Source: Gammaproteobacteria bacterium
GTDB taxonomy: Bacteria > Pseudomonadota > Gammaproteobacteria > Xanthomonadales > Rhodanobacteraceae
Assembly (NCBI GenBank): GCA_021324095.1
Contig: JAJPJT010000005.1
Span: 1 to 32,000, forward strand
Length of the DNA stretch: 32,000 nucleotides
Reading direction: 5' to 3'
The notes under the pieces are model-generated. The model worked only from the letters and a program-made list of their open reading frames with translations, was not told the DNA's origin and did no database searches. Of this stretch, positions 6,753-15,951 are shown piece after piece. Numbering within the stretch: position 1 is the first letter of the stretch; every line of letters begins with the position of its first letter. The position numbers were made by a program, and so were the translations under genes.

Positions 6753-7910
6753 ATGTCCCCCTTCCAACTCGGCGAAGACATCGACCTGCTGCGCGAAAGC
6801 GTGCACGCCTTCGCGGAGAAGGAGATCGCGCCGCGCGCGGACCAGATCGACCGCGACAACGTTTTTCCGCACGACCTCTGGAAGAAGCTCGGCGACATGG
6901 GGCTGCTCGGCATTACCGTCGCCACCGAATACGGTGGCAGCGGGATGGGCTACCTCGCGCACCTCGTCGCGATGGAAGAAATCTCGCGTGCGTCGGGTTC
7001 GGTGGGCCTGTCGTACGGCGCGCACTCCAATCTGTGCGTCAACAACATCTTCCACAACGGCAACGAGGCGCAGCGCAAGAGATACCTGCCGAAGCTTTGC
7101 TCGGGTGAATACGTAGGCGCGCTGGCGATGAGCGAACCGGGCGCGGGTTCGGACGTGGTCGGTTCGATGAAGTGCAAGGCCGAAAGGCGCGGCGACCACT
7201 GGATCGCGAACGGCAACAAGATGTGGATCACCAACGGCCCGGATGCGGACGTGGTGCTGGTCTACATGCGCACCGCCGATCGCACCGCGGGCAGCCGCTG
7301 CATCACTGCCTTCGTGGTCGATAAAGGCATGAAGGGTTTCACCACCGCGCAGAAGCTCGACAAGCTCGGCATGCGCGGCTCCAACACCTGCGAGCTGGTG
7401 TTCGAGAACTGCGAGATTCCCGACGCCAATCGCATCGGCGAAGTCAACGAGGGCGTGCGGGTACTGATGAGCGGCCTCGACACCGAGCGGCTGGTGCTGT
7501 CCGGCGGCCCGGTCGGCCTGATGCAGGCGGCGATCGACGTCGTTCTGCCCTACATCCGCGAACGCAAGCAGTTCAATGCGCCGATCGGCAGTTTCGAGAT
7601 CATGCAGGCGAAGCTCGCCGACATGTACACGCTGCTGCAGTCGGCGCGTGCGTACGCCTACCTGGTCGCGCAGCAGTTTGATGCCAATGTGAAATCGCGC
7701 ATCGACCCGGCGTCGTGCCTGTTGTGCGCGTCACGCAACGCCGTAGACGTCGCGCTCGAAGCCATCCAATCGCTGGGCGGCAACGGCTACATCAACGAAT
7801 TCCCGACCGGCCGCATCCTGCGCGATGCCAAGCTGTACGAGATCGGCGCGGGCACCAACGAGATCCGCCGCATGCTCATCGGGCGCGAGCTGTTTTACGG
7901 CAACGCGTGA
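6753..7910 (+). CDS. liuA: Isovaleryl-CoA dehydrogenase
   Basis: [56 protein letters not shown]...[20 protein letters not shown]. This is an acyl-CoA dehydrogenase of the IVD type in a liu context. ATG 6753 is internal to track ORF 6675-7910. Confidence 0.92.
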   Translation: MSPFQLGEDIDLLRESVHAFAEKEIAPRADQIDRDNVFPHDLWKKLGDMGLLGITVATEYGGSGMGYLAHLVAMEEISRASGSVGLSYGAHSNLCVNNIFHNGNEAQRKRYLPKLCSGEYVGALAMSEPGAGSDVVGSMKCKAERRGDHWIANGNKMWITNGPDADVVLVYMRTADRTAGSRCITAFVVDKGMKGFTTAQKLDKLGMRGSNTCELVFENCEIPDANRIGEVNEGVRVLMSGLDTERLVLSGGPVGLMQAAIDVVLPYIRERKQFNAPIGSFEIMQAKLADMYTLLQSARAYAYLVAQQFDANVKSRIDPASCLLCASRNAVDVALEAIQSLGGNGYINEFPTGRILRDAKLYEIGAGTNEIRRMLIGRELFYGNA

Positions 7911-7945
7911 AGCCGTTGGGCTTCCGCCGGAAAAGCACCGGCCTC

Positions 7946-7997
7946 AGCCGAACCTACCAAAGCCGTGTAGGTTGGCGCTGAGCGCAGCGAAGCCCGA
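7946..7997. repeat. REP element, family 'gtaggttggcgctgagcgcagcgaagcccgac'
   Basis: ccgaacctac...gtaggttgg forms a hairpin, followed by gcgctgagcgcagcgaagcccgac. It lies between the convergent ivd and autotransporter 3' ends. Confidence 0.6.
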
Positions 7998-8006
7998 CAC
8001 AAGCAA

Positions 8007-10820
8007 TCAGAACGAAACGGATCCCTGGAGCATCACGCTGCTCGCCTGCAACCGCTGGCCCTGCTCGCGCGTGTAGCCAAGCCGCAGGCCGAAATCACGG
8101 GTTGGCCACAACGACACGCCGGCGCGCAGCACGGATACGTCACGTGACAGGCCGACGCCATCGACCGGCATCCATTCGTCGAAGCCGGTGAAGCTGGCGT
8201 CGAATGCGTCGCCGTACTGGTGCAGCGCGTGCCGCCACGCTGCGCTGCCGTCGAATTCCATCCGCATGCCATTGCCGAGCCACCACCCACGATCCGCGCG
8301 CAGGCCGATGCCGGTTTGCAGGCGGCCGACGGTACGCGCGTCCGCCATCAAGCCGAAGCCGTAACCGCCCAGCTCCGAGAACGCGCCCTCGTTGATGCGC
8401 TGATAACGCACATCCACGAACGGCGTGATGTGCGTCGCGCCCATGCTTAGCTGGTAGCCGCCTTCCACCGAACCGGCCAGATAGCTTCCGGAAAATCCGC
8501 TGCCGACCGGGGCGGTGAGCCCGCCAAGCAGCAGTAGGCGCTGCATGTCCTCGTGGAACCAGCCGCCACCCACCCTCGCGCTCGCATACCACGGGCCGCG
8601 CCACACGCCGCCGTACATCATCGCGTCGTTGGTCCAGGTCTGGTTGTGGTCCCACGACGTGTCGAGCTGTCCGTAGCCACGGCTTGCAGAAACTGCGTAG
8701 CCAAAAAGTCCATGCGTCCCCACTGCGAAATCGGTGCCGACGACGCCGCCGTCGCTGCGGAAGGTCGTGCCTGCATAGCCGCTGCGCTGCAAGTCGCCTT
8801 GCCAACCGGTGTTCGCGTACCACGTACCCGGTTTGGTGCGCCCGTTCAACAGATCGTCGAAGTGTTCGGACAATGCGTCGCCCGTTGCATCGATGCTGTC
8901 GAGCAACATCGCCGCGCTGGCGGCGTGAAGCTGCCCGGACAGGCTTTGCAGCGTGGCTTGCGCGGACGCGACCGTCGCCGTGTGCTGGATCGCGCTCGCG
9001 CCCTGCAGCACGCCTGGCGCGACGCTTCCGCCCGTCGAGAGCTGCGAATTGATCGAATCGAATCCGCTCTGCACGCGCACTGCGGCGCCGGCCGTAGCCG
9101 GGGTCACGATTCCCATGGTGGCCGCCGCCTGCGTGACGCTGAGGCTGGTCGTATCCAGCCATACGGTGGTCGGCGTGTACTGGACGGTCGTGCTGAGGAA
9201 TACCCCGGGTGAAGTCGTGAGTTGTGCGAACGTGCCGGTAACGCCGGCGCCGGCGGCCAGGACGTTCTGATGGGAGTTGTTGACGTAGCCCGAATCCTCG
9301 CCGAGCACGTTCAATGTGCCGGCGATTTGCGCGTTGCCGGTGACGTTGAGGATCGAACCCATGCTCACGGACAACGTGCCGGTGCCTGCCTGGATGTAGT
9401 TGCCGCCCACGTTGGTGTTGCCGCCCTTCACCACCACGGTTCCCGAATTGTTCAACGCGCCCGCGACGCCCGGTGCGGCATCCAGCGTGCCGGCCGCGCC
9501 GACCGCAACGTCCCCGGGCAAGGGATTCGCTGCCTGCAGCGAGCCACCCAGGACCTGCGTGCCGCCGGTATACGTGTCATTGCCGGAGAGGATCAGCGTG
9601 CCCGTGCCGTTCTTGATCAGGCCTCCGGCGCCCGAAATGTCATTGCTCCATGTCGAGGTCAGGTTGTCGAACGACACCGACACGTCGCCCCAGTTGAATT
9701 GCGCGGGACCCTGCACCGCCCGGCCGACATCGAGTTCGCCGTACCCGAACGTCGCGTTGGGCTGCGATCCGCCCAGCGGATCGGCGGTGCCGAGGATGGT
9801 CTGGCGAACCAGGTCATTGGTGAAATACGGGAACGCCTGCCACACCAGCGCCGCGGCGCCGGAAACCTGTGGCGCCGCCAATGAAGTACCTTCCACGACG
9901 TAATAGCTCGGGTTCGTCGTGCCCGCGGTGGTGTCCTTGTCGAGCACGATCACGTCGCCCGGCGCGGCGAGGCAATAATCCATTGCGATACCGCACTTGT
10001 TGGAATAACTGTCCAGTTGCGTCGGATTGTTGCTGTTGATCGCTACCACCGTCAGCCAGCCCTTTTCGAGGTCGGGCGCGTAGCTGGGCAGGGAAGCGAT
10101 GGTGCTGGGGTTGGGGTTGGAATCGTTGCCGGCCGCAAACACCACCAGCCCGCCCTGCTGGTTGACGAATGGGCTGTACGCGGCGTCGAACGCCTGGTTC
10201 AGACTGGCATTCGTGGTGTCCCAGGTGATGCCTCCCCAGGAATTGTTCATCACCTTCACGCCCGAACTGATCAAGTGCTGGTTGACCTGGCCGAAGAATT
10301 GCGCGTCCTGTCCGGTGACCGTCGATGGTGGCGTGCTGCCGTTGTCGTCGGGCGCGTTGTCGTCGATGATGCGGTCGGACACCAGGTCGGCGCCCGGTGC
10401 GATCCCGCCCGGAAACTGCGCGAACGGCGCGCCGGCGGCGATCTCCGACACCCAGGTGCCGTGGCCCACCACATCGTCGATGCTGGTGTTGTTGGTGCTG
10501 GGGTCGACGTCAATGTATTCCTGCAGGACGCGCCCGGCGACGGTCGGGTTGCTGCGCATGATCCCGCTGTCCACGACACCGATCGTGACGCCCGCGCCGG
10601 TGTAGCCCGCGGAATGCGCTGCGTACGTGTTGGTGATCGACAACTGCGCATCGATTGGCGGCTGTTGCGTGGCCGGCGCCGGGGTCGACGGCGTGGTAGA
10701 CGGCGATGTCTTGATGCCGCCATTGCCGCCACCGCCGCAGGCAGCGAGCGCGCATGCCAGCAGTGCCGGAACCAGCCATTTGGCGCTGCACCAAGTCCTA
10801 CTTGTCGCGTGATTCAACAT
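8007..10820 (-). CDS. Autotransporter subtilisin-like (S8) serine protease with lipoprotein signal peptide
   Basis: Lipobox LLACALAAC|GGGG. The S8 triad motifs are GVTIGVVDSGI (Asp), HGTWVSEIAAG (His) and GTSLAAPQVSGAAALV (Ser). There is a G/T/N-rich passenger and a C-terminal beta-barrel ending ...MLQGSVSF. ATG 10820 (MLNHATS); the alternative start is 10859. Confidence 0.88.
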   Translation of the reverse strand: MLNHATSRTWCSAKWLVPALLACALAACGGGGNGGIKTSPSTTPSTPAPATQQPPIDAQLSITNTYAAHSAGYTGAGVTIGVVDSGIMRSNPTVAGRVLQEYIDVDPSTNNTSIDDVVGHGTWVSEIAAGAPFAQFPGGIAPGADLVSDRIIDDNAPDDNGSTPPSTVTGQDAQFFGQVNQHLISSGVKVMNNSWGGITWDTTNASLNQAFDAAYSPFVNQQGGLVVFAAGNDSNPNPSTIASLPSYAPDLEKGWLTVVAINSNNPTQLDSYSNKCGIAMDYCLAAPGDVIVLDKDTTAGTTNPSYYVVEGTSLAAPQVSGAAALVWQAFPYFTNDLVRQTILGTADPLGGSQPNATFGYGELDVGRAVQGPAQFNWGDVSVSFDNLTSTWSNDISGAGGLIKNGTGTLILSGNDTYTGGTQVLGGSLQAANPLPGDVAVGAAGTLDAAPGVAGALNNSGTVVVKGGNTNVGGNYIQAGTGTLSVSMGSILNVTGNAQIAGTLNVLGEDSGYVNNSHQNVLAAGAGVTGTFAQLTTSPGVFLSTTVQYTPTTVWLDTTSLSVTQAAATMGIVTPATAGAAVRVQSGFDSINSQLSTGGSVAPGVLQGASAIQHTATVASAQATLQSLSGQLHAASAAMLLDSIDATGDALSEHFDDLLNGRTKPGTWYANTGWQGDLQRSGYAGTTFRSDGGVVGTDFAVGTHGLFGYAVSASRGYGQLDTSWDHNQTWTNDAMMYGGVWRGPWYASARVGGGWFHEDMQRLLLLGGLTAPVGSGFSGSYLAGSVEGGYQLSMGATHITPFVDVRYQRINEGAFSELGGYGFGLMADARTVGRLQTGIGLRADRGWWLGNGMRMEFDGSAAWRHALHQYGDAFDASFTGFDEWMPVDGVGLSRDVSVLRAGVSLWPTRDFGLRLGYTREQGQRLQASSVMLQGSVSF

Positions 10821-11002
10821 CGCCGTCTCGTAACCCGTGTGGCCTGCTGCATTCTGCACCCAACGCGGCCGGGTGGGCCATAGCCCGTTTGCGGCGACGC
10901 AGCAATCAACGCATAATTCGGTTGTAGTGCGTTTTCATTCAAGCCTACGCCGCTTGGCGGCGAGGCTTAATTCAAACGCGACACCTATTTGGGAGCAAAT
11001 TC

Positions 11003-12178
11003 ATGCCCGACATCGTGATCGCCGCCGCAAAACGCACGCCGATCGGCGCATTCCTCGGCCAGTTCACCGGTTTTCCCACGCCGAAACTGGGCGCCGCCGC
11101 GATTGCCGCGGCGCTGCAGCAATCCGGCATCGCGCCGGGCGATATCAGCGAAGTGCTGATGGGCTGCGTGCTACCCGCCAACCTCGGCCAGGCGCCCGCG
11201 CGTCAGGCGGCATTGGCGGCGGGCTTGCCGCCGTCCACCGGTTGTACCACCCTCAACAAGGTGTGCGGCTCGGGCATGAAGGCGATCATGCTGGGCCACG
11301 ACCTGATCAAGGCCGGTTCGGCCAGCGTGGTCGTGGCCGGCGGCATGGAATCGATGACGAACGCGCCCCACATGGCGGCCGTGCGTACCGGGATCCGTTA
11401 CGGCGACGGCCCGTTGGTCGACCACATGGCGTGGGACGGCCTGACCAATCCGTATGACGGCAAGTCCATGGGCGTGTTCGCCGAATCCTGCGCCGACAAG
11501 TATCACTTCACGCGCGAGGACCAGGACGCATTCGCCGCGGAGTCCGTGCGTCGCGCGCAGGAGGCCGTGAGATCCGGTGCATTCGCGGACGAGATCGCCA
11601 CCGTCACGGTGCCCTCGCGCAAGGGCGACGTGCAGGTGTCGGTCGATGAAACGCCCGGCAAAGTCGATCCCGCGAAGATTCCGACGCTGAAACCGGCGTT
11701 CCGCAAGGAAAACGGCACGGTCACGGCGGCCAGTTCGTCGAGCATTTCCGACGGTGCGGCTGCCGTCGTGCTGCTGTCCGCAGATGATGCGAAGGCGCGC
11801 GGCGTGAAGCCGCTGGCGCGGATCGTCGCGCACGCCACGCATTCGCAGGAGCCGCAGTGGTTCACCACGGCGCCGGTCGGCGCGATCGAGAAGGTGCTGC
11901 AGAAGGCCGGCTGGAAGGTCGGCGACGTGGACCTGTTCGAAGTCAATGAAGCGTTCGCGGTCGTCGCGATGGCCGCGATGAAGGAGCTTTCCATCCCGCA
12001 CGAAAAGCTCAACGTGCACGGCGGCGCCTGTGCGCTCGGCCACCCCATCGGCTGCACCGGCGCACGCATCGTCGTGACACTGCTGCACGCGATGATCCAT
12101 GCCGGCGCGAAACGCGGCGTGGCATCGCTGTGCATCGGCGGCGGCGAGGCGACTGCCATCGCGATCGAGCGCGTTTGA
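11003..12178 (+). CDS. Acetyl-CoA C-acetyltransferase (thiolase II)
   Basis: MPDIVIAAAKRTPIGAFLGQF...LNKVCGSGMKAI...NVHGGACALGHPIGCTGARI...LCIGGGEATA. GGGAG lies upstream of the ATG. Confidence 0.92.
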   Translation: MPDIVIAAAKRTPIGAFLGQFTGFPTPKLGAAAIAAALQQSGIAPGDISEVLMGCVLPANLGQAPARQAALAAGLPPSTGCTTLNKVCGSGMKAIMLGHDLIKAGSASVVVAGGMESMTNAPHMAAVRTGIRYGDGPLVDHMAWDGLTNPYDGKSMGVFAESCADKYHFTREDQDAFAAESVRRAQEAVRSGAFADEIATVTVPSRKGDVQVSVDETPGKVDPAKIPTLKPAFRKENGTVTAASSSSISDGAAAVVLLSADDAKARGVKPLARIVAHATHSQEPQWFTTAPVGAIEKVLQKAGWKVGDVDLFEVNEAFAVVAMAAMKELSIPHEKLNVHGGACALGHPIGCTGARIVVTLLHAMIHAGAKRGVASLCIGGGEATAIAIERV

Positions 12179-12326
12179 TCGATCCACCTGCGCAGGGTTG
12201 TACCGGCACTGACGACTGAACGGCGCAGGGTGTAAAAACGGTCGGTGCTGGCGTTATTCAGCCAGACGCGGTTTAATAGCGCGGCCACTTCCGTGGCTAT
12301 CCACGGCCCAATCCAGGAGATCTCCA

Positions 12327-12728
12327 ATGAAGTTCACCCGTACAGTAGTTGTGGCCGCCATCGCTGCGGCGATGGCCCTGTCGTTGACGGCCTGCGGCCA
12401 TTCCGGCGAAAACAGCCAGTCGACCGCCAACGAAGCCCAGCAGAACGCGGCCAGCGCAGCTTCGGCAGCGGCGAGCGCCGCGAGCCAGGCGCAAGGCGCC
12501 GCTGCTTCCGCGGCAAGCGCCGCAGCCGAAGCGGCCAGCGCCGCCCACTCCGGTACGGCGGCGCCCGCATCGACGGCCGCGATGCCTGCCAGCAGCGGCA
12601 CCTCCGCCCCAGCCTCCAGCGGCGAAGATGCAATGGCCGCAATGAAGGATGCTGCCCACAAGGCAGGCCAGGCTGGCACCGCGATGAAGGATGCCGCCAC
12701 CAAGACCAAGGTTGCGATGAAGCACTGA
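12327..12728 (+). CDS. Small Ala/Ser-rich lipoprotein of unknown function
   Basis: AGGAG lies ~8 nt upstream. The lipobox is ALSLTAC. There is a long A/S low-complexity region and a duplicated AMKDAA(H/T)K motif. A strong terminator follows. Confidence 0.65.
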   Translation: MKFTRTVVVAAIAAAMALSLTACGHSGENSQSTANEAQQNAASAASAAASAASQAQGAAASAASAAAEAASAAHSGTAAPASTAAMPASSGTSAPASSGEDAMAAMKDAAHKAGQAGTAMKDAATKTKVAMKH

Positions 12729-12753
12729 TCCACTGCATAGCGCTGCAAACCCG

Positions 12754-12782
12754 AACCGGCCGCCTCGCGCGGCCGGTTTTTT
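12754..12782 (+). terminator. Rho-independent terminator
   Basis: ccggccgc-ctcgc-gcggccgg followed by tttttt. Confidence 0.85.
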
Positions 12783-12846
12783 GTCCGCGTTGCAGGCCAG
12801 ATAGAATGCGGAGTTCGTGCGTTCCCGCAACGCCATGGACCCGAAG

Positions 12847-14454
12847 ATGCCCGTCATTCCCACCCGCATCGACAGCAAGAGCGAAACGTTCCGCGGCAAT
12901 GCGGCCAGTCTGCGCCGGCTCGCCGACGAGCTGAAGTCCGAACTTGCCCGCACCGCCGAAGGCGGCGGCGAGAAGGCGCGTTCCAAACATGTCGCGCGAG
13001 GCAAGCTGCTGCCGCGTGAGCGCATCCGCGCCCTGCTCGATCCCGGCTCTCCGTTCCTGGAATTGTCGCCGCTGGCGGCGCACGGGATGTACGACGGTGC
13101 GGCGCCCGCAGCGGGAATCATCACCGGTGTTGGCCGCGTCCACGGCACCGAAGTGGTGGTGGTCGCCAACGACGCGACCGTGAAGGGCGGCACCTACTTC
13201 CCTATTACGGTGAAAAAACACCTGCGGGCGCAGGAAGTGGCGCTGGAAAACCATCTGCCGTGCATTTACCTCGTCGATTCCGGCGGCGCTTTCCTGCCGT
13301 TGCAGGACGAAGTGTTTCCCGACAAGGAACACTTTGGGCGTATTTTCTACAACCAGGCGCGGATGAGCGCGCTCGGCATTCCGCAGATCGCCGTGGTGAT
13401 GGGTTCGTGCACCGCGGGCGGCGCCTATGTGCCGGCGATGAGCGACGAGGCGATCATCGTGAAGAACCAGGGCACGATCTTTCTCGGCGGCCCGCCATTG
13501 GTGAAGGCCGCGACCGGTGAAGTCGTGGACGCGGAGACGCTCGGTGGCGCGGACGTGCACACGTCCATCTCCGGCGTCGCCGACCACTTCGCGGAAAACG
13601 ACGCGCATGCACTGTCGATCGCGCGCGACGTCGTTGCTTCGCTCAATCGCAAGAAGACCATGCCGCTGGCGCTCGCCGAACCGCGCGAGCCCAAGTATCC
13701 GCCGGAAGAACTCTACGGCGTGATCCCCGAGGACACGCGCCGTCCCTTCGATATCCGTGAGGTCATCGCGCGCATCGTCGACGCTTCCGAGTTCCACGAA
13801 TTCAAGGCGCGCTACGGCAAGACCTTGGTCACGGGCTTCGCGCACGTCCACGGCTATCCGGTCGGCATCGTCGCCAACAACGGCATCCTGTTTTCCGAAA
13901 GCGCGCTCAAGGGCACGCATTTCATCGAATTGTGCAACCAGCGCAACGTGCCGCTGGTGTTCCTGCAGAACATCACCGGCTTCATGGTCGGCAAGAAATA
14001 CGAGCAGGCGGGCATCGCGAAGGACGGTGCCAAGATGGTCACGGCTGTCGCCTGTTCGCACGTCCCGAAGTTCACGGTCGTGATCGGCGGCAGCTTCGGC
14101 GCCGGCAATTACGCGATGTGCGGCCGCGCGTACGGCGCGCGCTTCCTATGGATGTGGCCGAACGCGCGGATCAGCGTGATGGGCGGCGAGCAGGCCGCAT
14201 CGGTGCTGGCCACGGTGAAGCGGGACGGCATCGAAGCGCGTGGCGCCGAGTGGTCTACCGAGGAAGAGAACGCGTTCAAGGCGCCGATCCGCGAGCAGTA
14301 CGAGCGCCAGGGGAATCCATACTACGCGAGCGCGCGGCTGTGGGACGACGGCATCATCGACCCGGTCGATACGCGTCGCGTGCTGGGGCTCGCAATCTCC
14401 GCATCGATGAATGCGCCGATCGAAGCACAGCGTTACGGCGTATTCCGGATGTAA
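12847..14454 (+). CDS. liuB: Methylcrotonyl-CoA carboxylase beta (carboxyltransferase) subunit
   Basis: [25 protein letters not shown]...[33 protein letters not shown]... is collinear with Pseudomonas LiuB as I remember it. Possible earlier starts are 12835 and 12817. Confidence 0.9.
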   Translation: MPVIPTRIDSKSETFRGNAASLRRLADELKSELARTAEGGGEKARSKHVARGKLLPRERIRALLDPGSPFLELSPLAAHGMYDGAAPAAGIITGVGRVHGTEVVVVANDATVKGGTYFPITVKKHLRAQEVALENHLPCIYLVDSGGAFLPLQDEVFPDKEHFGRIFYNQARMSALGIPQIAVVMGSCTAGGAYVPAMSDEAIIVKNQGTIFLGGPPLVKAATGEVVDAETLGGADVHTSISGVADHFAENDAHALSIARDVVASLNRKKTMPLALAEPREPKYPPEELYGVIPEDTRRPFDIREVIARIVDASEFHEFKARYGKTLVTGFAHVHGYPVGIVANNGILFSESALKGTHFIELCNQRNVPLVFLQNITGFMVGKKYEQAGIAKDGAKMVTAVACSHVPKFTVVIGGSFGAGNYAMCGRAYGARFLWMWPNARISVMGGEQAASVLATVKRDGIEARGAEWSTEEENAFKAPIREQYERQGNPYYASARLWDDGIIDPVDTRRVLGLAISASMNAPIEAQRYGVFRM

Positions 14455-14457
14455 CGG

Positions 14458-15336
14458 TCACGCAGCCCGCGCTGCGGGCTTGGCGCCGTCACGCCGCAAA
14501 CGTGTGGTGCGTTGCGCATGCCGCTTCTGCGCGGCCATCCGCATCGACACGAGGCGCATGCCGATCACCAGCACCACGAAGGTGACGATCCAGAACACGA
14601 GTTGCATGCCGGCCGGCCGTGCCTCGTAACCCGTCAGGATATGCAGCGCCTGACCCACGATCGAACCGTTGGTGAGCAGCCACGAGGTATCCCAAAGCTG
14701 GTTGCCCCAGGCCGGCAGCAGATTCGCCTGGATGAGATAGCCCGCCGCAGACGAAGCCAGCCCGCTCGCGAGCACCACGAGCATCCAGTTCGTCGCGCTG
14801 AAGAAGTAGCGGATCGGAATGCGCAGCAGGCCGAAATACAGCGCAAAGCCGGTGCCCACGCCGAATGCGAGCCCCAGCGGTACGCCGCCGAGAAAACCGA
14901 GTTTGCCGGCCCCGCCCGCCGCCATTCCGAACAGGAACAACACGATCTCCGAACCTTCGCGCATGACCGCGAGCGCCACCACCACCAGGAGGACCATCAC
15001 CGAACTGGAACCGGCCTTCACGGAATCCGTGACGCGCTGCATCTGCTGGACCATTTCCTTGCCGTGGCTCGACATCCAGGTGACGTGCCAGCCAAGCATC
15101 GCCACGGCCACGAGCAATACCGCGGCCTCGAACACTTCCTGCCCGATCCCGCCCAGCGAGCCCTCGATGAATCCCATGCACAGCGCGACGACGCTCGCGC
15201 CCAGCGCGCCCAGCGCGATGCCGCCGCCGATGAACAGCCGGCGGTGCGGCACGCCGCGCGTGGCCGCCGCGACCACGGTCACGATCAAGGCCGCTTCCAG
15301 GACTTCGCGGAACACCAGCAGCGCGATACCGAGCAT
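14458..15336 (-). CDS. FTR1-family high-affinity iron permease
   Basis: Polytopic membrane protein with two REXXE-type motifs (FREVLEAAL, MREGSEIVLF). Confidence 0.88.
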   Translation of the reverse strand: MLGIALLVFREVLEAALIVTVVAAATRGVPHRRLFIGGGIALGALGASVVALCMGFIEGSLGGIGQEVFEAAVLLVAVAMLGWHVTWMSSHGKEMVQQMQRVTDSVKAGSSSVMVLLVVVALAVMREGSEIVLFLFGMAAGGAGKLGFLGGVPLGLAFGVGTGFALYFGLLRIPIRYFFSATNWMLVVLASGLASSAAGYLIQANLLPAWGNQLWDTSWLLTNGSIVGQALHILTGYEARPAGMQLVFWIVTFVVLVIGMRLVSMRMAAQKRHAQRTTRLRRDGAKPAARAA

Positions 15337-15345
15337 GTCAGGGCC

Positions 15346-15684
15346 TCAGTCCACCACCAGCACACCGGTGGTGGCGTGGTCGAAATCGTCGTAGAACTTG
15401 TAGGTGCCCTTGTCGAGCGGACCGATGAACACGGTGATGGTCGAATTCGGCAGCACGATCTTCTCGCGATTGAAATCGGTGCTCTCGAATTCCGACGGCG
15501 TCGTGTTGCGGTTGGTCACCAGCACCTTGAACTTGGTGTTGGCGGGAACCTTGAGCGTCGCCGGCTCGAACTTGTGGTTCTGCAGGAGCAGGTGGAACTC
15601 GGGCGCCGTCTCGGCGTGCGCCGCCACCGCCACCACCGCGGCACCCAGGAAAGCCAGAACGGGCACGAATGCAAACCGACGCAT
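15346..15684 (-). CDS. Periplasmic cupredoxin-like protein (FTR1 partner)
   Basis: The signal peptide is MRRFAFVPVLAFLGAAVVAVAAHA. The fold signature is a small beta-sandwich (FKVLVTNRNTTPSEFES...KGTYKFYDDF). It lies 9 nt upstream of the FTR1 gene. Confidence 0.75.
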   Translation of the reverse strand: MRRFAFVPVLAFLGAAVVAVAAHAETAPEFHLLLQNHKFEPATLKVPANTKFKVLVTNRNTTPSEFESTDFNREKIVLPNSTITVFIGPLDKGTYKFYDDFDHATTGVLVVD

Positions 15685-15725
15685 GTGAAATTCCAGCGGC
15701 TATCGCCGATCACCAGACCTCGATA

Positions 15726-15744
15726 GAAAATGCTAATCGTTCTC
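15726..15744. promoter_or_regulatory. Fur box upstream of the cupredoxin/FTR1 operon
   Basis: GAAAATGCTAATCGTTCTC matches the consensus GATAATGATAATCATTATC at 15 of 19 positions. It lies 42-60 nt upstream of the cupredoxin ATG. Confidence 0.65.
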
Positions 15745-15778
15745 ATTTATGAATGCAACCGTGGGCAGGATGACCACG

Positions 15779-15900
15779 CCCCGGACAGCACATGGACGCG
15801 CGGCGACCCGGGGCCCATTGTCAGGTCAAAACGCCCCAGCCCCGGACGGCACATGGACGCGCGGTGATCCGGGGTCCATTGTCCGAACAACTGACTCCAC
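15779..15900. repeat. Two tandem 61-bp units with a ~45-bp conserved core
   Basis: ccccggacAgcacatggacgcgcggCgaCccggggCccattgtc compared with ccccggacGgcacatggacgcgcggTgaTccggggTccattgtc. Each core has a CCCCGG(A)/(T)CCGGGG stem. Confidence 0.85.
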
Positions 15901-15951
15901 CCAACTCTCACGTGCAACCCGGCTATGCTTGTGCTTTTGGCCAAGCACGCC

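Noticed and set aside
12334-14061. Very long ORFs antisense to, or out of frame with, recognisable genes. Examples are 12334-14061(-), 5552-6715(-), 4041-5318(+), 1194-2600(+), 8140-9162(-), 20996-22552(+), 25586-26965(-), 27124-28413(-) and 27396-28919(+).
   Set aside because: These are Arg/Pro/Gly/Ala-rich shadow frames, typical of high-GC DNA. Each overlaps a gene with unambiguous family motifs on the other strand or frame, and none shows a recognisable domain.
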